A stretch of 64,000 nt of DNA from Lingula anatina (GCA_051362555.1 CM120645.1:18042001-18106000), one strand, 5' to 3'; positions 45,601 through 58,965 are shown, counted from the first letter of the stretch. Notes: generated by a model from the sequence alone, not told the origin. Numbers and translations: made by a program.

Positions 45601-48600
45601 AAATTTAACAAATATTGGACCTGATTTGTAAAAATTATTAACATTTAACTATATTAAGGCACCAAATTTGGCAGTCTTTTTAATGTAATTTTCAGTTTTC
45701 TAGTATATATATGCACTGAAAAAATCTTTTTCATGAGACACAGTCAATTGATTTGCTTTTCACAGATTTTTATTGTTGTTATGCATCAGCTGTCCAAATT
45801 TCACAAATATCGGACTAGATTTTTCAAAAATATTAACGTTAAACTATATGGAGTTATGGACTCTGGTAGTCTTTTAGTCTTTAAATTTTCAGTTTTCTCA
45901 AATTGATGTTTCCACAATACCTTTTTCATTAGACACAGTCAACTGTTAAGCTTAACTATATCAAAATTCTTAAGGTTTAACTGTTTTAGTCTTGAAAGTT
46001 TGTCATTTTTAAAAATTTAATTTTGATTTATTTAATTAAATTGCTTTTTTTCCAGGTGTCCTTTTCCATACAGAATGGTGTTTTTTTTGGGGGTGAACTG
46101 ATTCTTCCTGTCTTGTCATGGCTAATTCCTGTAGAAAAAAAAACAGTCAGTGGAAGACTACAGCAAGAGCAATGGTCTGTCTCATCTATGTGTACAATAG
46201 ATGGTATGTGGCAAGCTTTAGGACATTGGCATATGGTGTGCTAAACCCCGATTCCAGAAACCGATTGTAAGGAGGAATCTGCATCTAGTATTGGTAGTAA
46301 GGAGAAGTCTTGAACGGGTATATATTGTTTTCATGAGGACAATTAGGGGTCATTTCCCACCTCTCTCACAAATCAAACACAAATCATAACTTTTGATGTT
46401 AATATATATATGTTGTGAAATTGAAAAAAAATTTTTTCAGTTATTCTCGCTCTTCTCATACAAATTGCCAATAAACTACACTTCTATTACACACAGTCAA
46501 TTGATAAGCTTATCACAGACTTTTATTGTTGTTAAGCATCATTTGTCCAAATTCCACAAATAATGAACAAGATTTGTCAAAATTATTAACATTGAACTAT
46601 TTTATACCATGGAATTTGGCAGTCTATTCAGTGTTATTTTCAGTTTTCTCAAATTTATTGCCCCCCAAAAAATCTTTTTCATTAAATCCAGTCAATTGAT
46701 GAGCTTATCACAGATTTTTATCATTGTTATGCATCAGCTGTCTAAATTTCACAAATATCAGACTAGATTTGTGAAAATTATTAATGTTTAACTATGTTAT
46801 ACCATGGAATTTGGCAGTCTTTTCAGTGTTATTTTCAGGTTTCTAAAATTTATTTGCACTGAAAAAATCTTTTTCATGAGACACAGTCAATTGATTTGCT
46901 TTTCACAGATTTTTATTGTTGTTATGCATCAGCTGTTCAAATTTCACAAATATCGGACTAAATTTTTCAAAATTATTAACGTTAAACTATATGGAGTTAT
47001 GGACTTTGGTAGTCTTTTAAATGTTATTTTCATTTTTCTCAAATTGATGTTTCCAAAATACCCTTTTTATTAGACACAGTCAACTGTTAAGCTTAACTAT
47101 ATCAAAATTCTTAAGGTTTAACTGTTTTAGTCTTGAAAGTTTGTCATTTTTTAAAAATTTAATTTTAATTTATTTAATTAAATTGCTTTTTTTCCAGATG
47201 TCCTTTTCCATACAGAATGGTGTTTTTTTGGGGGGTGAACTGATTCTTCCCGTCTTGTCATGGCTAATTCCTGTAGAAAAAAAAACAGTCAGTGGAAGAC
47301 TACAGCAAGAGCAATGGTCTGTCTCATCTATGTGTACAATAGATGGTATGTGGCAAGCTTTAGGACATTGGCATATGGTGTGCTAAACCCCGATTCCAGA
47401 AACCGATTGTAAGGAGGAATCTGCATCTAGTATTGGTAGTAAGGAGAAGTCTTGAACGGGTATATATTGTTTTCATGAGGACAATTAGGGGTCATTTCCC
47501 ACCTCTCTCACAAATCAAACACAAATCATAACTTTTGATGTTAATATATATATGTTGTGAAATTGAAAAAAAATTTTTTCAGTAATTCTCGCTCTTCTCA
47601 TACAAATTGCCAATAAACTACACTTCTATTACACACAGTCAATTGATAAGCTTATCACAGACTTTTATTGTTGTTAAGCATCATTTGTCCAAATTCCACA
47701 AATAATGAACAAGATTTGTCAAAATTATTAACATTGAACTATTTTATACCATGGAATTTGGCAGTCTATTCAGTGTTATTTTCAGTTTTCTCAAATTTAT
47801 TGCCCCCAAAAAAATCTTTTTCATTGAATCCAGTCAATTGATGAGCTTATCACAGATTTTTAGCATTGTTATGCATCAGCTGTCTAAATTTCACAAATAT
47901 CGGACTAGATCTGTGAAAATTATTAATGTTTAACTATGTTATACCATGGAATTAGGCAGTCTTTTCAGTGTTATTTTCAGGTTTCTAAAATTTATTTGCA
48001 CTGAAAAAATCTTTTACATGAGACACAGTCAATTGATTTGCTTTTCACAGATTTTTATTGTTGTTATGCAGCAGCTGTTCAAATTTCACAAATATCGGAC
48101 TAAATTTTTCAAAATTATTAACGTTAAACTATATGGAGTTATGGACTTTGGTAGTCTTTTAAATGTTATTTTCAGTTTTCTCAAATTGATGTTTCCAAAA
48201 TACCCTTTTTATTAGACACAGTCAACTGTTAAGCTTAACTATATCAAAATTCTTAAGGTTTAACTGTTTTAGTCTTGAAAGTTTGTCATTTTTAAAAATT
48301 TAATTTTGATTTATTTAATTAAATTGCTTTTTTTCCAGGTGTCCTTTTCCATACAGAATGGTGTTTTTTTGGGGGGTGAACTGATTCTTCCCGTCTTGTC
48401 ATGGCTAATTCCTGTAGAAAAAAAAACAGTCAGTGGAAGACTACAGCTAGAGCAATGGTCTGTCTCATCTATGTGTACAATAGATGGTATGTGGCAAGCT
48501 TTAGGACATTGGCATATGGTGTGCTAAACCCCGATTCCAGAAACCGATTGTAAGGAGGAATCTGCATCTAGTATTGGTAGTAAGGAGAAGTCTTGAACGG

Positions 48601-49067
48601 GTATATATTGTTTTCATGAGGACAATTAGGGGTCATTTCCCACCTCTCTCACAAATCAAACACAAATCATAACTTTTGATGTTAATATATATATGTTGTG
48701 AAATTGAAAAAAATTTTTTTCAGTAATTCTCGCTCTTCTCATACAAATTGCCAATAAACTACACTTCTATTACACACAGTCAATTGATAAGCTTATCACA
48801 GACTTTTATTGTTGTTAAGCATCATTTGTCCTAATACCACAAATAATGAACAAGATTTGTCAAAATTATTAACATTGAACTATTTTATGCCATGGAATTT
48901 GGCAGTCTTTTCAGTGTTATTTTCAGTTTTCTCAAATTTATTGCCCCCCAAAAAATCTTTTTCATTGAATCCAGTCAATTGATGAGCTTATCACAGATTT
49001 TTAGCATTGTTATGCATCAGCTGTCTAAATTTCACAAATATCGGACTAGATTGGTAAAAATTATTAA

Positions 49068-49696
49068 AGTCATAATAACTCTTCGTTTTGGCCAAAAATT
49101 GGATTTTCCTGGAAAAAACGGCAATTTTCCCGTACTTACCAATGGCCAACGACCCCATTCCTGCATTCAAAGTTAATCCAGGGTTTTTTTCCTAAACGTA
49201 CGGTTTTTTGTTAAAATCTCTTAAGAGATTTTAACTGACGGAGCTCTCTCTGACATTGCAAAGTCACTGGTGACCTACTTAAAACCGCGGGAAAAGCAGA
49301 CAACATCAACACTATATAAGATTCATGAGATATATTCGTCTTTTTGTTAAAAATGCATTTATATCCACAATGTGTGCCATTCTGGCCTTTTTCTTATCCG
49401 ACGCACTGTACAAAAACTCGCAACTTACGTCTGCGTCTGCACTAATGCGTTTGGCGCCATGTTATTTTGGTCTCGAATGAACGCGAGAATCCGCGTGACA
49501 CCATTACGTCATTATCAACGAATGCACTTGTCGACCGGAAAAAAGGCATCGTAAGCCCTATTGACAAGCACAGATTTTAGTTTTCCTACAATAACGGCCG
49601 TTTTAGTGGTAAAATACAATAGAATATATTTCCATGCGTTTTTTACAATGTATTTCATGCGGATTTTTGAATCTCAAAGGAAGAGTTATTATTGCT
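49068..49696. mobile_element. Kolobok-like non-autonomous DNA transposon, 629 bp, TTAA TSD
   Basis: TTAA|AGTCATAATAACTCTTC...GAAGAGTTATTATTGCT|TTAA. The empty site AAAATTATTAATGTTT is present in sister monomers. AG termini plus TTAA fit Kolobok rather than piggyBac. Confidence 0.85.
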
Positions 49697-52164
49697 TTAA
49701 TGTTTAACTATGTTATACCATGGAATTTGGCAGTCTTTTCAGTGTTATTTTCAGGTTTCTAAAATTTATTTGCACTGAAAAAATCTTTTTCATGAGACAC
49801 AGTCAATTGATTTGCTTTTCACAGATTTTTATTGTTGTTATGCATCACCTGTCAAAATTTCACAAATATGGGACTACATTTTTTTAAATTATTAACGTTA
49901 TAACTATTTTATGCCATGAAATTTACCAGTCTTTTCAGTGTAACATTCAGTTTTCTCAATTATGTCCGAATAAATCTTTTTCATGAGACACAGTCAATTG
50001 ATGAGCTTATCACAGATTTTTATTGTTCTTATGCATCATCCTTCCAAATTTGACAAATATTGGACTTGATTTGTAAAAATTATTAACATTTAACTATATT
50101 AAGGCACCAAATTTGGCATTAAAATGTAATTTTCAGTTTTCTAAAATATATATGCACTGAAAAAATCTTTTTCATGAGACACAGTCAATTGATGTGCTAA
50201 TCACAGATTTTTATTGTTGTTATGCATCATCCATCCAAATTTAACAAATATTGGACTAGACTTGTCAAAATTATTAACGTTTAACTATTTAAGGCATAGC
50301 ATTTGTTGGTCTTTTCAGTTGCATTTTCTGTTTTCTCAAATTAATATGTTATGAAAAAATCTTTTTCATTAGACATTGTCAACTGATGAGCTTTTCTCAG
50401 ATTTTTATCGTTGTTGTCCATCACTTGTCCAAATTTCACGAAAATTGGACTAGATTTTTCAAAATTATTAACGTTTAACTATATGGAGTTATGGACTTTG
50501 GTAGTCTTTTAAATGTTATTTTCAGTTTTCTCAAATTGATGTTTCCAAAATACCCTTTTTATTAGACACAGTCAACTGTTAAGCTTAACTGTATCAAAAT
50601 TATTAAGGTTTATTAAGGTCTTGGAAGTTTGTCATTTTTAAAAATTTAATTTTATTTTTTTCAATTATATTGTTTTTTTTTCCAGGTGTCCTTTTCCATA
50701 CATAGTGGTGTTTTTTTTGGGGTGAACTGATTCTTCCTGTCTTGTCGTGGCTAATTCCTGTGGAAAAAAACAGGCAGTGAAAGACTACAGCAAGAGCAAT
50801 GGTCTGTCTCATCTACGTGCACAATAGATGGCATGTGGCAAGCTTTAGGACATTGGCATATGGTGTGCGATTCCAGAAACCGATTGTAAGGAGGAATCTG
50901 CATCTGGTATTGGTAGTAAGGAGAAGTCTTGAACGGGTATATATTGTTTTCAAGAGGACAATTAGGGGTCATTTCCCACCTCTCTCACAAATCAAACACA
51001 AATCATAACATTTGATGTTAAATGCTGGGCTAATAATATGTTGTGAAATTGAAAAAAAAGTTTTCAGTAATTCTCGCTCTTCTCATACAAATTGCCAATA
51101 AACTACACTTCTATTACACACAGTCAATTGATAAGCTTATCACAGACTTTTATTGTTGTTAAGCATCATTTGTCCAAATTCCACAAATAATGAACAAGAT
51201 TTGTCAAAATTATTAACATTGAACTATTTTATACCATGGAATTTGGCAGTCTATTCAGTGTTATTTTCAGTTTTCTCAAATTTATTGCCCCCCAAAAAAT
51301 CTTTTTCATTGAATCCAGTCAATTGATGAGCTTATCACAGATTTTTAGCATTGTTATGCATCAGCTGTCTAAATTTCACAAATATCGGACTAGATCTGTG
51401 AAAATTATTAATGTTTAACTATGTTATACCATGGGATTTGGCAGTCTTTTCAGTGTTATTTTCAGGTTTCTAAAATTTATTTGCACTGAAAAAATCTTTT
51501 TCATGAGACACAGTCAATTGATTTGCTTTTCACAGATTTTTATTGTTGTTATGCATCAGCTGTTCAAATTTCACAAATATCGGACTAAATTTTTCAAAAT
51601 TATTAACGTTTAACTATATGGAGTTATGGACTTTGGTAGTCTTTTAAATGTTATTTTCAGTTTTCTCAAATTGATGTTTCTAAAATACCCTTTTTATTAG
51701 ACACAGTCAACTGTTAAGCTTAACTGTATCAAAATTATTAAGGTTTAACTGTTTTAGTCTTGAAAGTTTGTCATTTTTAAAAATTTAATTTTAATTTTTT
51801 CAATTACATTGTTTTTTTCCAGGTGTCCTTTTCCATACAGAGTGGTGTTTTTTTGGGGGGGTGAACTGATTCTTCGTGTCTTGTCATGGCTAATTCCTAT
51901 AGAAAAAAACAGGCAGTGAAAGACTACAGCAAGAGCAATGGTCTGTCTCATCTGTGTGTACAATAGATGGTATGTGGCAAGCTTTAGGACATTGTCAAAT
52001 GGTGTGCTAAACCCCCATTCCAGAAACCGATTGTAAGGAGGAATCTGCATCTGGTATTGGTAGTAAGGAGAAGTCTTGAACGGGTATATATTGTTTTCAA
52101 GAGGACAAATAGGGGTCATTTCCCACCTCTCTCACAAATCAAACACAAATCATAACTTTTGATG

Positions 52165-52168
<4 letters not shown>

Positions 52169-52209
<41 letters not shown>
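52169..52209. repeat. (TA)n microsatellite expanded inside one block copy
   Basis: The same site has a shorter (TA)n or GCTGGGCTAAT in other blocks. Confidence 0.9.
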
Positions 52210-52214
<5 letters not shown>

Positions 52215-54405
52215 GAAATTGAAAAAAAAAAGTTTTCAGTAATTCTCGCTCTTCTCATACAAATTGCCAATAAACTACACTTCTATTACACACAGTCAAT
52301 TGATTTGCTTTTGACAGATTTTTATTGTTCTTATGCATCATCCATCCAAATTTAACAAATATTGGACTGGATTTTTTAAAATTATTAACGTTTAACTATT
52401 TTATGCCGTGGAATTTGCCAGTCTTTTCAGTGTAACATTCAGTTTTCTAAATTATGTCCAAAAAAAATCTTTTTCATGAGACACAGTCAATTGATGAGCT
52501 TATCACAGATTTTTATTGTTCTTATGCATCATCCTTCCAAATGTAACAAATATTGGACTTGATTTGTAAAAATTATTAACATTTAACTATATTAAGGCAC
52601 CAAATTTGGCAGTCTTTTTAATGTAATTTTCAGTTTTCTAAAATATTTATGCACTGAAAAAATCTTTTCCATGAGACACAGTCAATTGATGAGCTTATCA
52701 CAGATTTTTATTGTTCCTATGCATTATCTATTCAAATTTAACAAATATTGGACTAGATTTTTCAAAATTATTAACGTTTAACTATTTGGAGTTATGGACT
52801 TTGGTAGTCTTTTAAATGTTATTTTCAGTATTCTGAAATTCATGTTTCCAAAATACCTTTTTTATTACACACAGTCAACTGTTGAGCTTAACTGTATCAA
52901 AATTATTGAGGTTTAACTATTTCAGTCTTGGAAGCTTGTCATTTTTAAAAATTTAATTTTAGTTTTTTCAATTATATTGTTCTTTTTCCAGGTGTCCTTT
53001 TCCATACATAGTGGTGTTTTTTTTGGGGTGAACTGATTCTTCCTGTCTTGTCGTGGCTAATTCCTGTGGAAAAAAAACAGGCAGTGAAAGACTACAGCAA
53101 GAGCAATGGTCTGTCTCATCTACGTGCACAATAGATGGCATGTGGCAAGCTTTAGGACATTGGCATATGGTGTGCGATTCCAGAAACCGATTGTAAGGAG
53201 GAATCTGCATCTGGTATTGGTAGTAAGGAGAAGTCTTGAACGGGTATATATTGTTTTCAAGAGGACAATTAGGGGTCATTTCCCACCTCTCTCACAAATC
53301 AAACACAAATCATAACATTTGATGTTAAATGCTGGGCTAATAATATGTTGTGAAATTGAAAAAAAAGTTTTCAGTAATTCTCGCTCTTCTCATACAAATT
53401 GCCAATAAACTACACTTCTATTACACACAGTCAATTGATAAGCTTATCACAGACTTTTATTGTTGTTAAGCATCATTTGTCCAAATTCCACAAATAATGA
53501 ACAAGATTTGTCAAAATTATTAACATTGAACTATTTTATACCATGGAATTTGGCAGTCTATTCAGTGTTATTTTCAGTTTTCTCAAATTTATTGCCCCCC
53601 AAAAAATCTTTTTCATTGAATCCAGTCAATTGATGAGCTTATCACAGATTTTTAGCATTGTTATGCATCAGCTGTCTAAATTTCACAAATATCGGACTAG
53701 ATCTGTGAAAATTATTAATGTTTAACTATGTTATACCATGGGATTTGGCAGTCTTTTCAGTGTTATTTTCAGGTTTCTAAAATTTATTTGCACTGAAAAA
53801 ATCTTTTTCATGAGACACAGTCAATTGATTTGCTTTTCACAGATTTTTATTGTTGTTATGCATCAGCTGTTCAAATTTCACAAATATCGGACTAAATTTT
53901 TCAAAATTATTAACGTTAAACTATATGGAGTTATGGACTTTGGTAGTCTTTTAAATGTTATTTTCAGTTTTCTCAAATTGATGTTTCCAAAATACCCTTT
54001 TTATTAGACACAGTCAACTGTTAAGCTTAACTATATCAAAATTCTTAAGGTTTAACTGTTTTAGTCTTGAAAGTTTGTCATTTTTAAAAATTTAATTTTA
54101 ATTTTTTCAATTATATTGTTTTTTTTCCAGGTGTCCTTTTCCCTACAGAGTTAGTGTTTTTTTTTTTTTTTTTTTTTTTGGTGAACTGATTCTTCCTATC
54201 TTGTCATGGCTAATTCCTGTAGAAAAAAAAACAGCTAGTGAAAGACTAAAGCAAGAGCAATGGTCTGTCTCATCTATGTGTACAATAGATGGTATGTGGC
54301 AAGCTTTAGGACATTGGCATATGGTGTGCTAAACCACGATTCCAGAAACCGTTTGTAAGGAGAAATCTGCATCTAGTATTGGTAGTAAGTAGAAGTCTTG
54401 AACGG

Positions 54406-54522
54406 TGTAACATAAACGTGCTAACTCTGTAAGCCGCCATGCTGGAACACACGTGTATTATTCAAGTCGCTTACAACATTGTAAAATAAGAGGTGGTCGC
54501 TTAAGACAAATAAAATGTTACA
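54406..54522 (-). repeat. 3' LTR (117 bp)
   Basis: Identical to 59035-59151; adjacent to the polypurine tract. Confidence 0.95.
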
Positions 54523-54533
54523 TCTCCCTCTTT
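54523..54533 (-). promoter_or_regulatory. Polypurine tract
   Basis: Minus strand AAAGAGGGAGA immediately before the 3' LTR. Confidence 0.85.
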
Positions 54534-54892
54534 ATAATCAACTAAGATTAATAAAGTAAGTAAAAGCATGTAAATTAAAATAAATTCAGTTTTTGGTGTT
54601 CACAGTTCTTTGTGAGTGTTCACTTTAACTTAAAGTCTTTCAATGTTCAATGTGAGAAGAGCATTCAGAGTCTCTGATCTTCTAGTCCTTTTGTAAATAA
54701 TTTTTTTTTTTTTACTTTAACTTAAAGTCATTTCATGCTCCACAGAGAATGTCTTTAACAGTCCATTTAAATGAAAGAAAATTAAAGAAAAGTCTTTGGC
54801 TGAGTCTTTGCATTAAAACTTAAAACTGCTTTAAAGCAAGTTCACATGAAAATCCACATTAAATTAATACTGAATCGTTCACAAAAAACAAG

Positions 54893-57800
54893 TTATAAAT
54901 TTAATCTGTCTGGCGGTTTCACCACACGACCAGATCTTGTTACAATCCTTGGGGTATTAATTGCTGGTGTCACTGTTTTTGTTGGTGTTTTACACTGATC
55001 CTTGACAATATCTCGGGTTGGTGTTACTGTCTCCTCAGGTACTATATGCTGATCCTTGATAGGTGAATGTAATGGCTCATCACTTGGCTCCAAGTCAACA
55101 AAATTAGGATTATAGTGATGTGCTTTTTCTGTTGATGACCTTAAGTGCCGACGATTACGTCTGTATACACGGTCATTTCCTTCCACTATGTATGATCTTG
55201 GATGTGTATGACGTTTAACAACAATGGCTGGTGCCCATGTTTTTGAACCTGGATGAGGCTGCATTCTCACATGTTCTCCAGGGCTGAAAGCTTTCAGTTC
55301 TTTAGCACCTTTTCTTTGATCATAATAATATTTCTGCTTTAGTTTCTCCTGGCTAAAATGACGTTTCACCTCTCGTTGGTTATATGCCTGTGGTTTTAAC
55401 AGATTTTGAGCTGCAGGCAGTGTGTTTCTAGGTCTGCGTCCCATTAACAACTGCGAAGGGGACAAGTTTATGCCTTCCAAAGGTGTAGTTCTGTAGTTGA
55501 GTAGAGCAAGATACTTGTCATCACATTTTTTCCACATTTTCTTCACAATTTGAATAGCTCTCTCAGCTTCCCCATTTGAACCTGGGTACTGAGGACTGGA
55601 GGTCATATGTTCAATATCATACACTTTGCAAAATTGTTTGAATTCACATGAACTAAACTGTGGTCCATTGTCTGATCTGATTTTAAGAGGTATGCCATGA
55701 CAGCTAAACACATATTTCATAGCATTGATTGTAGCAGTTGTAGTTGCGGCATTCAGTTCTACAACATCAATGTACTTTGAATAGTAATCAATGAGAAGTA
55801 GGTACTTCTTTGCTCCAAAGTCAAATATGTCACAACCAACTTCAGTATAGGGTAGATCTGGAGGGACGGTCGGTTTCAACGGTTCTGCGGGTAACCTGTT
55901 TTGATACTCAGAACATTTTGTGCAGTCTCTCACCATGTTTTCAATTTCCATATTCATTCCAGGCCAAAACATGACTTCCCTTGCACGCTGTTTGCATTTC
56001 ACAACTCCAAGATGTGACTTGTGTATCAAGCTAAGCATGTACTTTTGTAATGACGGTGGAATAACTATTCTGAGGCCTTTGTAGATTACACCATCAAACA
56101 CAGACAATTGGTCTCTGGAGTCCCAGAAATTTCTAATTTCATAAGGTGTCTCTCTACGCGTATCTGGCCATCCTTGAACAATTGTGTTGTATAGAGGCTG
56201 TAGCTCTCTTTGCGTTCTTGTTCTAATATCAGAGTATCTCTCGCTGATCACAGAGATCATATCAATTAAACATAAATCATCTAGTCCTGTCACGTCAGAA
56301 CTGGTGTCTGGTAAGTATGCTCTCGACAATGTATCTGCTACCACCATATCTTTGCCTTTCCTGTATACAACATTGAGATTGTACCACTGTAGACGTAGCA
56401 ACATCTTCTGCAATCTCATTGGAGCTGACAGTAATGGCTTCTTATAAATGCTCTCTAATGGCTTGTGGTCTGTGTACACTGTTGTTTCCTTACCGAAGAT
56501 GTAGCAGTGGAATTTTATAGCTCCATGGACAATGGCGAGCATTTCCTTCTCTATTTGAGCATAACGCATTTCAACATCAGTAAGAGAATGTGACGTGTAT
56601 GCTATAGGTCGGCCATCTTGTATTAGCACTGCCCCTAGTCCACTTCTTGATGCATCACACTGAATCTCTACGGGCTTGTTCACATCATAATAAGCTAATA
56701 CAGGTGGTGTGCTACACAAGTGTTTGAGTTCCTCAAAACTTGCTTGTTGCTCATGTTCCCACTTGAATGACACATCATTCTTCAATAATGCTCTCAGTGG
56801 GGCATCCACCTGACTCAGGTTTGGTATGAACTTGGCTAGATACTGTACAAGACCAAGTATTCTTCGTACTCCATCCTTATCTGTGGGTGGTGTCATCTCA
56901 GTTATTGCGCGCACTTTTTCTGGATCTGGGCTCAGGCCCTCTGCTGTGAGGATATGTCCCACATACTGAACTCTGGGCTGGCGCACCTGACACTTATCAA
57001 AATTGAGCTTTAGGTTGTATTCAGTAGCTCTCTGAATAACCTTCTTGAAAATCGAATCATGATGCTCACGATCTGTGCCTGCTATCAATATGTCATCCAT
57101 TATAGCTGTGGCACCTTCTATGCCTTCAAGCATTTCATCCATGATTCTCTGAAAGATTTCTGGCGCCAATTTAATACCAAAGGGTAGGCGAAGCCATCTG
57201 TACCTGCCAATTGGAGTGTTGAAAGTAGTCAAAAAGGATGACTGCTCATCAAGCTGTATCTGCAAAAATCCCTGTGTGGCGTCTAACACAGAAAACACTG
57301 TGGCTTTTGGAATACTAGCTACAACTTCTTCAATAGTTTTCAGTGGATGATGCTCTCTTTTGATTGCATTGTTCAAATCACATGGGTCTATACAGATTCT
57401 CACTTTATCATTTCTTAATGAAACAACCATTGAACTGACCCATTCAGTTGGCTCATGGACTCGGGTAATGAAGCCATCTGATTCCATTTCCTGTAATTTC
57501 TCTACGATGCGTGGCTTCAGTGATGCTGGCTGTCGTCTGGCTGGATGTATAACTCCCTTTGCTGTTGGGTCTATCTTTATGGTATGCTTACCTGGTAGCG
57601 TACCTGTGTTCTTGGCAAGTTCAGTGAAATCATCTACACTGTTTACCTTGTTTACTCTGACTCTATGAAGGAGTCCAAGTTTCTCTGAAACTTCACCGTT
57701 AATGACATTTTCCTGGTCTATGTCTACTATTTCAAAGTCAACTGGCAACTGAGTAGTATTGTATGCCACTGAAAGCTGTGCTTTTCCGATTGGGCGGATC

Positions 57801-58891
57801 TTGTGATTAGAGTAGGAGCGAAGAACTTTAGTTGTTTGGTTCAAGTTCTTGTGAAGACTAAGTTTTTCAAAATCAGCTTTCACTAGAATGTTACATTTTG
57901 CTCCAGTATCTATACGAAATTTAAGTGGCTTGTCTTGGACATCTAGTGTCACTATCCATTTATCTTCAGCTGCACTGACAGAGTCAACATTTTCATCATC
58001 AACTTCAGTTGTATGAATGTACAGTGGATCATTGTTGCTATCTTCACTCACTGAATCATCACAGTAAACATCATTATCACTTTCCTGTAAAGTGTGTACT
58101 GCCTTGGCTTTTCGTTTTCTGCATACTGAATACCAATGGTCTAGTCTTTTACAATATCTGCATTTGGTTCCTTTTGCCGGACAAGTATTGTTTCTATGGG
58201 CTGTTGCAGTATCTAAACCACACTGACCACATTTCTTGTTCTTTTGCTTCCAAGGTACGTGTTCCTGTCTCTTAGAGGCTTGTGAGGGATTTCTACTAGC
58301 ATGGCTTTCCTTACTCTTATGTGACTTGTGATTAATGGCGGAAACTTCAACTTCTGGTCTTAGAATCCTCATTTGTTGCTGGGATGACTCATACTGTCTG
58401 CCTATTTCTAATGCTTGAGCTAGAGTAAGTCTTTCCCCTTTTTCTAACAGTTTCTCTTGAACTCGAGGATAGTACACCCCACGTATTATACAGTCAATTA
58501 AAATGTCTTCAGCGTCTTGGTACTCACAATCCATAAGAATCAATCTGATGTCTTTTACAAAATTGTCAAATGTCTCACCTTCCTCCTGCTTCCTTTTCTG
58601 GAGGTTAAATCTTTGTGCACGTTTGTTTTTTCTGGGTCTTACATAATTTTCAAGCTTGTCGAATATTGCTTCTGGTTTATCCTCTTCATCTTCTTCCCAA
58701 GTGAATGTTTTGTAAATTTCTCTCCCTTGTTTTCCAATCCACATGCCTAACCATCCTGCCCTTATCTTATCATCTGTTTGTGATAGTGGACCCTTGAAAA
58801 CGAGCTCAGCATGCTGTCGGAATCGAGTAAATTCCAAGTACAAATTTTTAGACTCCCAATCGAAACTGGGTTGCTCGAATGCATACGCCAT
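54893..58891 (-). CDS. Gag-Pol polyprotein (1332 aa from first ATG): Gag with Cys/His knuckles, protease, RT, RNase H, integrase
   Basis: CRYCKRLDHWYSVC; IDTGA; RLPFG and IMDDILI; CDAS, DHKPL, ADTLSR; HKSH...CTKC, GCDIF, SDNGPQF, SNGEAER; C-terminal TRSGRVVKPPDRL. PR-RT-RH-IN order. Uninterrupted frame. Confidence 0.95.
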   Translation of the reverse strand: MAYAFEQPSFDWESKNLYLEFTRFRQHAELVFKGPLSQTDDKIRAGWLGMWIGKQGREIYKTFTWEEDEEDKPEAIFDKLENYVRPRKNKRAQRFNLQKRKQEEGETFDNFVKDIRLILMDCEYQDAEDILIDCIIRGVYYPRVQEKLLEKGERLTLAQALEIGRQYESSQQQMRILRPEVEVSAINHKSHKSKESHASRNPSQASKRQEHVPWKQKNKKCGQCGLDTATAHRNNTCPAKGTKCRYCKRLDHWYSVCRKRKAKAVHTLQESDNDVYCDDSVSEDSNNDPLYIHTTEVDDENVDSVSAAEDKWIVTLDVQDKPLKFRIDTGAKCNILVKADFEKLSLHKNLNQTTKVLRSYSNHKIRPIGKAQLSVAYNTTQLPVDFEIVDIDQENVINGEVSEKLGLLHRVRVNKVNSVDDFTELAKNTGTLPGKHTIKIDPTAKGVIHPARRQPASLKPRIVEKLQEMESDGFITRVHEPTEWVSSMVVSLRNDKVRICIDPCDLNNAIKREHHPLKTIEEVVASIPKATVFSVLDATQGFLQIQLDEQSSFLTTFNTPIGRYRWLRLPFGIKLAPEIFQRIMDEMLEGIEGATAIMDDILIAGTDREHHDSIFKKVIQRATEYNLKLNFDKCQVRQPRVQYVGHILTAEGLSPDPEKVRAITEMTPPTDKDGVRRILGLVQYLAKFIPNLSQVDAPLRALLKNDVSFKWEHEQQASFEELKHLCSTPPVLAYYDVNKPVEIQCDASRSGLGAVLIQDGRPIAYTSHSLTDVEMRYAQIEKEMLAIVHGAIKFHCYIFGKETTVYTDHKPLESIYKKPLLSAPMRLQKMLLRLQWYNLNVVYRKGKDMVVADTLSRAYLPDTSSDVTGLDDLCLIDMISVISERYSDIRTRTQRELQPLYNTIVQGWPDTRRETPYEIRNFWDSRDQLSVFDGVIYKGLRIVIPPSLQKYMLSLIHKSHLGVVKCKQRAREVMFWPGMNMEIENMVRDCTKCSEYQNRLPAEPLKPTVPPDLPYTEVGCDIFDFGAKKYLLLIDYYSKYIDVVELNAATTTATINAMKYVFSCHGIPLKIRSDNGPQFSSCEFKQFCKVYDIEHMTSSPQYPGSNGEAERAIQIVKKMWKKCDDKYLALLNYRTTPLEGINLSPSQLLMGRRPRNTLPAAQNLLKPQAYNQREVKRHFSQEKLKQKYYYDQRKGAKELKAFSPGEHVRMQPHPGSKTWAPAIVVKRHTHPRSYIVEGNDRVYRRNRRHLRSSTEKAHHYNPNFVDLEPSDEPLHSPIKDQHIVPEETVTPTRDIVKDQCKTPTKTVTPAINTPRIVTRSGRVVKPPDRLNL

Positions 58892-58965
58892 TTTAATTAG
58901 TGTCTCGCACAATTAAAAATGTTATGTGGCATGTGTAAGGACTCACTAATAGCTGGAAAAGTTTA

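Noticed and set aside
33597-53315. Multi-copy small proteins (MTPNCP..., MEFGSLF..., MVCLIY...)
   Set aside because: These are translations of satellite units. Frames shift with homopolymer length between copies and no domain is recognisable.
56184-58750. Plus-strand ORFs inside the retrotransposon
   Set aside because: They are short antisense shadows of the gag-pol frame with no motifs.
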